DNA of 14,239 nucleotides, taken from an uncultured archaeon. GTDB lineage: Archaea > Altiarchaeota > Altiarchaeia > IMC4 > SCGC-AAA252-I15. Numbering within the stretch: position 1 is the stretch's first letter; each line of letters starts with the position of its first letter. Under the pieces are notes generated by a model. The model was not told where the DNA came from and did no database searches. It saw only the letters and a program-made list of their open reading frames with translations. Of this stretch, positions 1 to 8,922 are shown piece after piece. The translations under genes were made by a program, and so were the position numbers. The DNA lies in NCBI GenBank assembly GCA_902384455.1, contig CABMCB010000008.1, positions 1 through 14,239 of the forward strand. The letters run 5' to 3'.

Positions 1-2
1 AC

Positions 3-380
3 AGGAGCGTGCTTGCCGTAAAGATTAACGACGGTAGCGGGGAGTTGTCGGATGCGGGCAAAATAAACATCGCCGACGGGCGGTGGCATCACATTGTTTT
101 TGTGCGGGATAGGGCGGGCAGGGAAGTAAGGGGTTATGTTGACGGCGTTTTGGACGTGAGGTTTTCGGATTCTAAGGGGGACGTTTCGGATACTTCAAGG
201 CGGCTGGTTATAGGGAATTCCAATCCGCTTCAGGACGGCTCTTTCGTGGGCAGGATTTTCGGCGTAAAGACTTATTCCCGAGCGTTGTCTATTGTTGATG
301 TTCAAGGTCTGTATGCTTCGAATTTGGATGCCGTAAATTCAATTCCTGAACCGGTTGGTCCGGCGGAGGTGGGGGCATGA
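3..380 (+). CDS. LamG / concanavalin A-like lectin-glucanase domain protein, C-terminal part (5'-truncated by the window)
   Basis: The frame is open from base 3 (AGG AGC GTG CTT...) to TGA at 378-380. The translation has the LamG-type motifs DGRWHHIVFVRD, YVDGVL, LVIG and G-x-I-x-x-V-x-x-YSRALS. It starts mid-domain, so GTG at 9 is probably not the true start. Confidence 0.85.
   Translation, partial: RSVLAVKINDGSGELSDAGKINIADGRWHHIVFVRDRAGREVRGYVDGVLDVRFSDSKGDVSDTSRRLVIGNSNPLQDGSFVGRIFGVKTYSRALSIVDVQGLYASNLDAVNSIPEPVGPAEVGA
365..371 (+). promoter_or_regulatory. Shine-Dalgarno site (GGAGGTG) for the giant CDS; ATGA start/stop overlap at 377-380
   Basis: GGAGGTG lies 5 nt upstream of ATG 377, and that ATG overlaps the TGA of the upstream gene, which indicates translational coupling. 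Confidence 0.8.
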
Positions 381-3300
381 GGAAGGCGGTTCTCTTAGTT
401 TTGGCGCTTTTTGTGGCGTCCGCGCTTATTCCTGCGGTTTCGGCGTCAGACGCATTCACCGCTTACCGCTCAAATACGGGAACGAACACTCTCGCTTCGC
501 CTAAAATTCGGTTCTGGAATTCTACGACCAGCAGCTGGGGCTCAGAGGTCGAGCTGGCGGCAACTGTTTCCGGCTCAAACGTGCAGTTTGCGATAATAAA
601 ATCTTCGCCGGTGTCGTCTAAGCTTGTTCTTGTGACAGAGCAGGCAGACGGCACCATCGACGGATACGTCTGCATGGCAAACTGCACGGTCGCGACTTCA
701 TGGACTGCGGCCGCCATAGGAGCAGTATGGTCTGGGGGCGGTGCTCAAGACCAGAGGCGTTTTGACGTCGAGTTTGAACGTAAAACAGGGACTGCGGTCG
801 TTGTTTACGGCATTGTAAGCACAAATGCCGCGCAGGATTTGGCGTATATGGTGCTGCCTGAGAACGGAACCACTTTCACCGGAGTCCCAGAGCAATACAT
901 AAACGACGCAGGGCATAACAACGACATCCAGTACGAATGGGTCCGAATGGACGCCAACCCCCTAAACTCAAGCCAGGAACTCATTGTCACAGGATACGAC
1001 GTAAACGACCACGACATAAACGCATGGGTTTGGAACGGCGCAGCATGGGGCAACGCACAGTCGATTACAGACGCAGCTACCTCCACAGGAGACTACGAGG
1101 CACTCGCGGTAAAGTACACGACCGACGGAACACAGGGAATGGTCATGGGCGGAGACGGCGGCAGCGGAAGCGTAGCCACATACTTCTGGACCGGAGCAAC
1201 ATGGACTAATTCCCCAGACTTCGACGTAGATTCAGGCGACGGAAACGACGTCCAATGGATAAACCTGAAAGCAGACCCAGCATCAAACACCAAACTCCAG
1301 GCGGTACTCATAGACAGCGGAAGCGACCTACACACAGCATACTACGACGGCACCTACTGGAATCTAATAAGCAACATAGACGCAGGAGTAGACGTAAACA
1401 CACGGCGACCAGGAGACGTAGAATGGGAACCAACCGGCTCCGTAGGATGGCTCGTCTGGGACACAGACACCACAGGAACCACACAAAGCACAAGATACTG
1501 CAACCCACAATGCGGAGGAGCAACAACACTAATATCAACATACGCAGGAAGAGGCCGATATACGACTTTATACCGGAATCCGACTTCTTCTGATGCTGTG
1601 AGGGTTTTGGGTGAGAGGGTAAACGACAACACAGTCACAGGGTCATTCTACAGAAACGATACTGCGTGGACGAACTACGGCGACAACGCCATATCAACAG
1701 ACATAACATCGACGACATGGGAGTCCTATTCCATCTCTTTCAGGCGCGATTGGAGGCAGCCGAGTTTGCAGTTCGTAGACATCACTCCCGCAAGCGGCAT
1801 AACAAACACCACCACCAACTGGGTCTACGTGAACGTCACATCCAGCGAAGAACTGCAAAAGGCCTACCTGGAGTGGAACGGAGTCAACACGACAATGTAC
1901 GGCGCAAGCCTCAACTGGTATTATAATATGTCTGGTTTGGGCAATGGTTCGTACAGTTATAAGGTTTACGGGGAGGATATTGCGGGTTTCTGGAATGTGA
2001 CTGGAACAAATACTATAATTATACTTGACCAGCAGGCTCCGACGTACACTAATGTGGTGGAGTTGTTGTACGGGGCAGCAAGCACGGAAGTCCACAGAAA
2101 CGAAACCCTTAATTTGAGTGCGGCATGGGCTGACAACTTCAAGTTGGTTTACGCGTGGTTGGAGACTAACGAGAGCGGTAGTTGGGCGAACAAGTCGTCG
2201 TATCTTTCGCCTATGGCAATATCTGGCATAAGCAACATCAGCAATTTCATGTGGAGCAACAGCACGTTTTTGCCAGGCAGGTTCATCAGCTGGCGCATCA
2301 ACGCCAACGACACAGGAGCCAACGTGAACAGAACTCCGATATACAATTTCACTGTTTGGGGTTGGGCGAACACGTCCACGGTGCTGTGGGCTGGCACAGT
2401 CCTGAACCGCAACCCAGTCAACGTATCCTGTAAAGTGTTGGATTCGGTGTCTGGCGCGGGATTAAGCAATTACGTGGTCAGCGTGTACAATGGTTCTGCG
2501 CTTATTGCGTCGGGCTCAACGGACGCGCAGGGCTGGTTCAACACCACCTATACTCCCGTCTATCAAGGCGCCTCAAACATATTCTGCAACGTAACAGACA
2601 ACGCCTCGCAGTTCTACAACAAAACAGGCAACTCGTTTGTTGCGCTTCAAATCAACGAAAGCTACAAAGTAAACGTCACAGTATTCGGGCAAGACAATGC
2701 GGTATTCAACAACGCGACCGTAACTTTCACCAACGCAGGCGGCTACACAGTTAGGGAAGGAAACGGAAGCGTCACAGCATACCTCATTCCCAACGCCACA
2801 TACGACATAGCAATAAGAGCAGTCACAACCACGTCCGGCATACTGTACGCGCGGATGTTCACTTTCAACGCCACCAGCGAAGGCATATACATGCCTGCGC
2901 AAGTCGTCGAAAACTACGCGGGCAACCTGCTTTCAGGCATCCAAAACATAACCCCCGTATTCGCCCTAAACGACACAGGCATAGCCTACAACAGAAGCAG
3001 AATCACGCTAGTCAAAGACGGCGTACTCATCACCCGGATAATGCGATGTGCAAGCTGGAACTACTCCTCCGGCCTTTGCGTAGGAAACAACTGGGAGGCC
3101 AACGTTACTTCGGATTACGGGATGGAGTCGAACTCAACTCACGTCTGGTTCAACGTGACATCAATGCAGGCGTACGCAGGCGCAGCACGCACACCCGCGC
3201 CAAACCTCACCCAAATAAAAGTCTACGACCTCAAAGGATACTCCAACACGCACACCGACGGAATACTAATAGACTCCGGATTAAACAAGACGTTCACCCT

Positions 3301-6300
3301 AAACGGCGGAAAACAATACCGCTTCGAATTCTACGTCAACAACACCGGAGACACCAACTGGATAATCGACACAAGCGACATCGTACACTTCAACGGCACA
3401 AACAACACATGGGCCGTCAACTATACCAACGACGTATGGTACAACGACAGCTCCCTCATATACACCGGCGGATCAGGGCTAAACGGCGGAAACGTAACAT
3501 GGAACACCACACTTGACGGGTCGGTTCCGGCATACAGCACGGCAGTCTTCTACGTAGTCATCAACATAAGCGGAACCGCAAACTACAGCGTGACGTTTTT
3601 GGCCAACGACACGTCGTCAGTCAACGGAAGCACGCAAGACGCAAGCTGGCTTAGGGTAAGCCAGGAACCAGTCAACCCGCTGTACTCTAACGTGGTGCAG
3701 CTTTTGAACGGGGCGGCGGCGACAATACTGCATCGCAACGAGACGATGAACCTATCGTCCAACTGGCGCGACGACATGAACATGTCCGCGGCAATGCTTG
3801 AGACAAACGAGTCCGGACTGTGGGTAAACAAAACATCATACGGCTCGCCGATGGCATTAACCGGATACAACAACATAAGCAGCTTCCTGTGGGCAAACAG
3901 CACTTTCGTGCCTGGCCGGTCTATAGGCTGGAGAATCAACGCCAACGACACAGAAGGAAACGCAAACAGCACCCCCATAGATTCGTTCACCATATGGGGC
4001 TGGGCCAACACGTCCACGGCGCTAAACGTCTCAAGCGTGCTAGCGCACTACCCCGTCAGCGTCTACTGCCGAGTGTTTGACACCCAAGACGGCACTGGAC
4101 TATCCGACTACGTAGTCAACGTATCCAACGGCTCCACAATATTCTCCTCAGGAGCAACAAACGCCAACGGATGGTACAACGTGACATACGTTCCCCCAGT
4201 AAACGGCACAACCACAATATCCTGCCTCATAAACGACAACACCAGCCAATTCTACAACGCAATATCCAACTCCTCCAAACAACTAGAAGTAAACGCAACA
4301 TACATCACCAACCTGACCGCATACCTCTCAGGCACCACCATCTCAACCAACACCACAATAACATTCATCAACGACGCAAACCAAAACGTAAGCCAAGAAA
4401 ACGGCAGCCTACAAACATACCTCAAAGCAAACTTCCTATACGAAATAGACACACGCTCAGTAACCACAAACTCAGGAATCCAATACGCAAACATATACAA
4501 ATACAACGTCACAGCAGACCACTACATAACCACCCAACTAATCGAAACATACGCCGGCACACTACCCCAAACAATACAAAACTTCTCCGCCATACTCGCC
4601 ATAAACGACACAGGACTAACATACAACACAACAAAAATAGTACTCGCCAAAAACGGGCTAACAATAACCCGAATACTACAATGCCCAACATGGAACTACT
4701 CCTCCAGTCTATGCCTAAACAACAACTGGATAATAAACGCACCCACAACACTCAACGCAGAAGAAAACACAACCCACATATGGTTCAACACAACCAACAT
4801 ACAAGCATACACACTCGGCGAAGGAAAACCAATACCAAACATAACCAACATACGCATGTACGACCTCACAGGCCTAACCAACTACCAAACAGGCGGACTA
4901 CTACAAGACGAAGGACTAAACAAAACATTCGGCCTATACTCCAACACAATATACCGCTTCGAATTCTACCTAAACAACACAGGAGACACAAACTGGACAA
5001 TAGACACAGCAGACCTCATATACTACAGCGGCCTAAACGCGTCGTGGCCCATAAACTACTCCGGCCAAGTCTGGTACAACGACACAGTAAACACGCATAC
5101 CACCGGTTCAGGAAGCGGAAACGTCACGTGGAACACCACACTGGGCGGCACAGTGCAACCAGCAGGACTACCCACATTCTACTTCGTAGTCAACATAACT
5201 TCCACTGGCGCATACCCCGTAGTATTCTTCGCAAACAACAGCGAAACAAACTCAGGAAGCACAGACGCAAGCAGACTATCAGTCACACAACGGCCATCGC
5301 CGTCCGCCCCGAACATGGTGGTCGCATACACATCCAGCACCGGAACAAGCGGAACAAGCTCGCCTAAAATAAAGTTCAGAAACGACACCGACGCCACAAT
5401 ATTCGACCCAGAAATAGAACTGCCGACCGCCGGCTCACCAGTCAGATACGTAATCATAAAATACTCGCCCGTATCCGGAAAAATGGTCCTGATATCAGAA
5501 AGCGACGACGGCTGGCTGGACGCATACGTCTGCCTTGCCAACTGCCGGCAAACAAGCTCATGGACAGTCACAAACAACATAGGTAGGGTATGGACTACTG
5601 CGGCAGCCGAAAGGAGGTTTGATTTTGAGTTTGAGCCCGCAACAGGCGACTTGGTGCTTGTGTACGGCGTAATAGACTTGGACACAACCCACGACATAGC
5701 ATACAAGGTGCTTCCTGACGCGTCAACCAGCTTCCCGGGAATAACCGAGCAATACATAGACGACACGGGACACGCTTCAAACATCCAGTACTCTTGGATT
5801 AGGATGGACCGCAAACCTCTAAACAACACTGAAGAACTGGTTCTGGTAGGATACGACTCAACCGACAGCAACGTGAACGCCTGGGTGTGGAGCGGAAGCG
5901 CATGGGGGAACAACCAGGAAATAACCGCCGACGCATCATCAACAGGCGGATACGAAGCAATCGCCGTAAGGTACGCCGCAGACGCAAGCAAAGCGATGGT
6001 TATAGCAGGCGACGGAGCAAGCGGAAACGTAGCCACATACTATTGGGCGTCAAACGCATGGACAAACTCCGCAGACTTCGACATAGACGGCACAGCAAAC
6101 GACGCCCAATGGATAAACCTGAAAGCCGACCCCGCAACAGACGACATGCAAGCAGTCATAGTTGACTCAGCAAGCGCCCTCCACACGTCCTACTGGGACG
6201 GAAGCGCATGGACAGTGACAAGCCAAGTAGACACGGGATTGGACGTAAACGCAGAAAGAGACGCAGACTTCGAGTGGGAGCCAACCGGCTCAGTAGGTAT

Positions 6301-8893
6301 GCTAGTATGGGACACAGACACCACAGGAACAACGCTAAGCCTAAGAAGATGCGCGCCCCAATGCACCGGCACAATAATCACAAATTCAACCTACGCCGCA
6401 AGAGGACGATACATAACAATGTACTCAAACCCCGACCCCACAAGCCCAATCAAAATCATAGGCGCACGCCTAAACAGCAACGTCGACTTAGGGCTATTCC
6501 GCTGGAACACCACAGAATTCACAAACTACGGCGACGCAGTAATGACAGCAGACGCAACATCCGACGTATATGAAGGATACTCAGTCGCATTCCCCCGCGA
6601 CAAACGCCCACCAGCAATATCGTACGTAAACATCACACCTGAAAACAACACACTACTCACAGACCAAAACTGGGTCTACATAAACATCACATCAAACGAA
6701 GAACTCGCAACAGCACGCATAGAATGGGCAGGCACAAACGGAACAATGAGCGGCACAAACACCAACTGGCACATAAACAAAACAAGCATCGCCGACGGAA
6801 CATACACATACAAAGTATTCGGAAACGACACCGCAGGATACTGGAACTCCACAGACAGAAGAACAGTAACAATAGACACAACCGGCCCAACATGGACCAA
6901 CAACAGAACCTCCCCGCCATCCGGCTCAACATACACCCCCGGACAAAACTACACATTCAACGTCACATGGACAGACGCAACCACCGCAGTAGACAAAGTA
7001 TACATAGAAGAAAACTTCACAGGAACATTCCAAAACATAACCCTAACATCCAGCGGAAACAACGTCTACAACTACACATTCCAACACCTAAAAGCAGGCA
7101 CATACTCATGGCGGATGTACGCAAACGACACAGCCCACCACTGGACCCAAACACCCTTCTTCACATACACAGTCGCCAAAGCCCAAGCAACCATAAACCT
7201 AACACTAAACGGCGCAGCAAACAACATCAGCATCTGCCCCACACAAATGGCCAACATATCCGCAGGCCTAATAGCGCCACCATCAGGCTACCTAGAACTA
7301 TACAACGACTCAGTCCTAATCAACAACGGCACCTCACTACCACTCGAAAACAGGACAAACTACACCGACGTAGGACGACACAACATCACAGCATACTACC
7401 CCGAAACAGAAAACTACACAAACACGTCAACAACCTTCTGGGTATTCTCCCTAGACTGCCAAGCACCCACATACTCAAACGTAATGCAACTACTATACGG
7501 CATCCAAAGCAACATCGTACACCGCAACGAAACAATGAACCTGTCCGCCAACTGGGCCGACAACTTCAACCTATCCTACGCCACCCTAGAAACAAACGAA
7601 TCAACAGGCGGCCAATGGATGAACCAGACAGGTTACGGCTCCCCGATGGCCATAACCGGAACAAGCGCTCAAAGCAGCTTCATCTGGACCGTCGACTCCG
7701 CCCTCCCACCCGGAACCGTAGTAGGATGGAGACTCCACACAAACGACACAGCAGGCAACGTAAACACCACAACACCAATCCAAACATTCACCATCTGGGG
7801 CTACAGCAACATAACATGGACAACGCCAGTAGGCCTAAACTACACTCCCGGAACGATAATACCCCTAGTCTGCCAAGTGGCAGACACCGATTACGAAGAC
7901 CTGATAAACGGCTACGCTGTAAACTTCTACGTCAAAAACACGACCACAGTAACATTCCTAGGCACAAACACCAGCAACACAACAGGACACGCCCACTTCA
8001 ACTGGAACACAACAAACTGGAGCTCAGGCCTATACAACGTCTCCTGCAACATAACCGGCGACTCAAACGTCTACTACAACTCAACTGCCACAAACCAAGG
8101 ATGGGCCAACATAACGCTCACAAGCGAAGCCATAACCGGCGTAATAACCGGACACATGAACCTGCCCCCTGAACTATCACTAACGAACGTAGGCCAAAAC
8201 AAAACATTCACAGTCAACGTCACAGTCACATGCGCAGGCGACTGCGGCTCAGTCACCGGGGCGCTACGCTACAACGTAAGCTCAATAGAACCAGACACCA
8301 ACGTCCTAACAAGCTCAACTACCCCAATGTACATACTCACAGAAACAAATCCCCAAAGCTGCTCAAACAACCCACTAGTCGACACAAACTGCACATTAAC
8401 ATGGACAGTAAACGCAACAGGCGACTTACTATCCACATGGAACCTCGACACCAAACTAACCGCAACAAAAGCCGCACAAAACGAAACCAACAACAGCGCA
8501 ATAAAAATAAACATAGTGCTAATCCTCAACCTAAGCACACCCAGCATAGACTGGGGCATACTCGACCCGCAAACAACGTGCGCCCCAGCCCCAACAAACC
8601 TCACCGTAACAGTAGACCCAAACAGCAACGACGCAGACGCACTATGGATACGCGGCGACAACCTGACAACAACGCCAACCAACGGATACGTAATCCCAAT
8701 ATACAACGTAACATGGTGCAAATGCGGAAACTGCGGACTAGGAACCAGAACAAACGAAACATACGAAGAACTACTTAGGCCAGCACCCGCAGGAGTCAGC
8801 ACAAACGTAACATTCTGGATAGACGTACCGGCAGTGCCGTACGACCACTACACAAGCCAAATATACATAATGGCAAACACAACAAGCCCCTAA
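377..8893 (+). CDS. Giant (2838 aa) secreted surface glycoprotein / adhesin-like protein: signal peptide, two beta-propellers, many Ig-like domains, C-terminal pilin/WxL-like domain
   Basis: Uninterrupted 8.5-kb ORF with a strong SD site and a Sec-type signal peptide (MRKAVLLVLALFVASALIPAVSA). Internal repeats give the order SP-A-B-(C-D-E-F)x2-A-B-G-H-C-D'-I-J. It is rich in beta-strand residues (Thr/Asn/Trp/Tyr) and N-x-S/T sequons and has no C-terminal TM helix. The ORF itself is certain; the function is inferred. Confidence 0.9.
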   Translation: MRKAVLLVLALFVASALIPAVSASDAFTAYRSNTGTNTLASPKIRFWNSTTSSWGSEVELAATVSGSNVQFAIIKSSPVSSKLVLVTEQADGTIDGYVCMANCTVATSWTAAAIGAVWSGGGAQDQRRFDVEFERKTGTAVVVYGIVSTNAAQDLAYMVLPENGTTFTGVPEQYINDAGHNNDIQYEWVRMDANPLNSSQELIVTGYDVNDHDINAWVWNGAAWGNAQSITDAATSTGDYEALAVKYTTDGTQGMVMGGDGGSGSVATYFWTGATWTNSPDFDVDSGDGNDVQWINLKADPASNTKLQAVLIDSGSDLHTAYYDGTYWNLISNIDAGVDVNTRRPGDVEWEPTGSVGWLVWDTDTTGTTQSTRYCNPQCGGATTLISTYAGRGRYTTLYRNPTSSDAVRVLGERVNDNTVTGSFYRNDTAWTNYGDNAISTDITSTTWESYSISFRRDWRQPSLQFVDITPASGITNTTTNWVYVNVTSSEELQKAYLEWNGVNTTMYGASLNWYYNMSGLGNGSYSYKVYGEDIAGFWNVTGTNTIIILDQQAPTYTNVVELLYGAASTEVHRNETLNLSAAWADNFKLVYAWLETNESGSWANKSSYLSPMAISGISNISNFMWSNSTFLPGRFISWRINANDTGANVNRTPIYNFTVWGWANTSTVLWAGTVLNRNPVNVSCKVLDSVSGAGLSNYVVSVYNGSALIASGSTDAQGWFNTTYTPVYQGASNIFCNVTDNASQFYNKTGNSFVALQINESYKVNVTVFGQDNAVFNNATVTFTNAGGYTVREGNGSVTAYLIPNATYDIAIRAVTTTSGILYARMFTFNATSEGIYMPAQVVENYAGNLLSGIQNITPVFALNDTGIAYNRSRITLVKDGVLITRIMRCASWNYSSGLCVGNNWEANVTSDYGMESNSTHVWFNVTSMQAYAGAARTPAPNLTQIKVYDLKGYSNTHTDGILIDSGLNKTFTLNGGKQYRFEFYVNNTGDTNWIIDTSDIVHFNGTNNTWAVNYTNDVWYNDSSLIYTGGSGLNGGNVTWNTTLDGSVPAYSTAVFYVVINISGTANYSVTFLANDTSSVNGSTQDASWLRVSQEPVNPLYSNVVQLLNGAAATILHRNETMNLSSNWRDDMNMSAAMLETNESGLWVNKTSYGSPMALTGYNNISSFLWANSTFVPGRSIGWRINANDTEGNANSTPIDSFTIWGWANTSTALNVSSVLAHYPVSVYCRVFDTQDGTGLSDYVVNVSNGSTIFSSGATNANGWYNVTYVPPVNGTTTISCLINDNTSQFYNAISNSSKQLEVNATYITNLTAYLSGTTISTNTTITFINDANQNVSQENGSLQTYLKANFLYEIDTRSVTTNSGIQYANIYKYNVTADHYITTQLIETYAGTLPQTIQNFSAILAINDTGLTYNTTKIVLAKNGLTITRILQCPTWNYSSSLCLNNNWIINAPTTLNAEENTTHIWFNTTNIQAYTLGEGKPIPNITNIRMYDLTGLTNYQTGGLLQDEGLNKTFGLYSNTIYRFEFYLNNTGDTNWTIDTADLIYYSGLNASWPINYSGQVWYNDTVNTHTTGSGSGNVTWNTTLGGTVQPAGLPTFYFVVNITSTGAYPVVFFANNSETNSGSTDASRLSVTQRPSPSAPNMVVAYTSSTGTSGTSSPKIKFRNDTDATIFDPEIELPTAGSPVRYVIIKYSPVSGKMVLISESDDGWLDAYVCLANCRQTSSWTVTNNIGRVWTTAAAERRFDFEFEPATGDLVLVYGVIDLDTTHDIAYKVLPDASTSFPGITEQYIDDTGHASNIQYSWIRMDRKPLNNTEELVLVGYDSTDSNVNAWVWSGSAWGNNQEITADASSTGGYEAIAVRYAADASKAMVIAGDGASGNVATYYWASNAWTNSADFDIDGTANDAQWINLKADPATDDMQAVIVDSASALHTSYWDGSAWTVTSQVDTGLDVNAERDADFEWEPTGSVGMLVWDTDTTGTTLSLRRCAPQCTGTIITNSTYAARGRYITMYSNPDPTSPIKIIGARLNSNVDLGLFRWNTTEFTNYGDAVMTADATSDVYEGYSVAFPRDKRPPAISYVNITPENNTLLTDQNWVYINITSNEELATARIEWAGTNGTMSGTNTNWHINKTSIADGTYTYKVFGNDTAGYWNSTDRRTVTIDTTGPTWTNNRTSPPSGSTYTPGQNYTFNVTWTDATTAVDKVYIEENFTGTFQNITLTSSGNNVYNYTFQHLKAGTYSWRMYANDTAHHWTQTPFFTYTVAKAQATINLTLNGAANNISICPTQMANISAGLIAPPSGYLELYNDSVLINNGTSLPLENRTNYTDVGRHNITAYYPETENYTNTSTTFWVFSLDCQAPTYSNVMQLLYGIQSNIVHRNETMNLSANWADNFNLSYATLETNESTGGQWMNQTGYGSPMAITGTSAQSSFIWTVDSALPPGTVVGWRLHTNDTAGNVNTTTPIQTFTIWGYSNITWTTPVGLNYTPGTIIPLVCQVADTDYEDLINGYAVNFYVKNTTTVTFLGTNTSNTTGHAHFNWNTTNWSSGLYNVSCNITGDSNVYYNSTATNQGWANITLTSEAITGVITGHMNLPPELSLTNVGQNKTFTVNVTVTCAGDCGSVTGALRYNVSSIEPDTNVLTSSTTPMYILTETNPQSCSNNPLVDTNCTLTWTVNATGDLLSTWNLDTKLTATKAAQNETNNSAIKINIVLILNLSTPSIDWGILDPQTTCAPAPTNLTVTVDPNSNDADALWIRGDNLTTTPTNGYVIPIYNVTWCKCGNCGLGTRTNETYEELLRPAPAGVSTNVTFWIDVPAVPYDHYTSQIYIMANTTSP
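452..2029 (+). repeat. Propeller A plus Ig-like B, copy 1 (homologous to 5315-6877)
   Basis: Shares SPKI, YVC-x-ANC, RRFD-x-EFE, EQYI, QWINLKADPA, EWEPTGSVG-x-LVWDTDTTGTT, RGRY, TNYGD and NWVY-x-N-x-TS-x-EEL with copy 2. Short exact DNA matches remain, e.g. gggacacagacaccacaggaac. Confidence 0.95.
2030..3665 (+). repeat. ~546-aa four-domain module (C-D-E-F), copy 1 of a tandem pair
   Basis: The motifs HRNET-x-NLS, WRINANDT, WGWANTST, C-x-x-WNYSS-x-LC-x-x-NNW, GLNKTF, YRFEFY-x-NNTGDTNW and NVTWNTTL all recur about 1638 nt downstream. Confidence 0.95.
3666..5290 (+). repeat. ~546-aa four-domain module (C-D-E-F), copy 2
   Basis: Colinear protein homology with 2030-3665. Confidence 0.95.
5315..6877 (+). 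repeat. Propeller A plus Ig-like B, copy 2
   Basis: Colinear protein homology with 452-2029. Confidence 0.95.
7454..8120 (+). repeat. Third copy of Ig-like domain C plus a diverged domain D
   Basis: QAPTYSNVMQLLYG...HRNETMNLSANWADNF...LETNES...YGSPMAITG...FTIWG matches copies 1 and 2. It is followed by C-x-V-x-D...Y-x-V...SCNIT...YYN. Confidence 0.9.
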
Positions 8894-8922
8894 AAACAAG
8901 GCAAAAAAAGGCGATATAAACC

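Noticed and set aside
3-11. AGGAG plus GTG at 9 as a true gene start
   Set aside because: The spacing is only 1 nt, the frame is open to the window edge, and the sequence starts in the middle of a LamG domain.
1-460. G/T-rich left end as a horizontally acquired or inverted segment
   Set aside because: The genes stay on the same strand and are coupled by an ATGA overlap. The same G/T style recurs in patches inside the giant ORF, and there are no mobile-element boundaries.
3040-3180. C-x-x-W...C...W...HVWFNVTSMQAY (and its copy at ~4680-4810) as a GAIN/GPS-like autoproteolysis site
   Set aside because: The resemblance is superficial. The H-L/F-S/T cleavage motif is absent in both copies (TSMQAY, TNIQAY).
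8717-8734. CKCGNC as a zinc-finger or heme-binding motif
   Set aside because: It is not CxxCH and lies in a secreted domain. With the Cys at ~8579 it makes four cysteines, which are more simply explained as two disulfides.
4171-8778. Long alternative-frame + strand ORFs rich in Arg/His/Gln/Asn (4171-5367, 6724-8172, 8230-8778; also 9231-9851 and 11207-12031)
   Set aside because: These are shadow ORFs. The real genes rarely have T at third codon positions, which removes stop codons from the shifted frame. The products are low-complexity and not protein-like.
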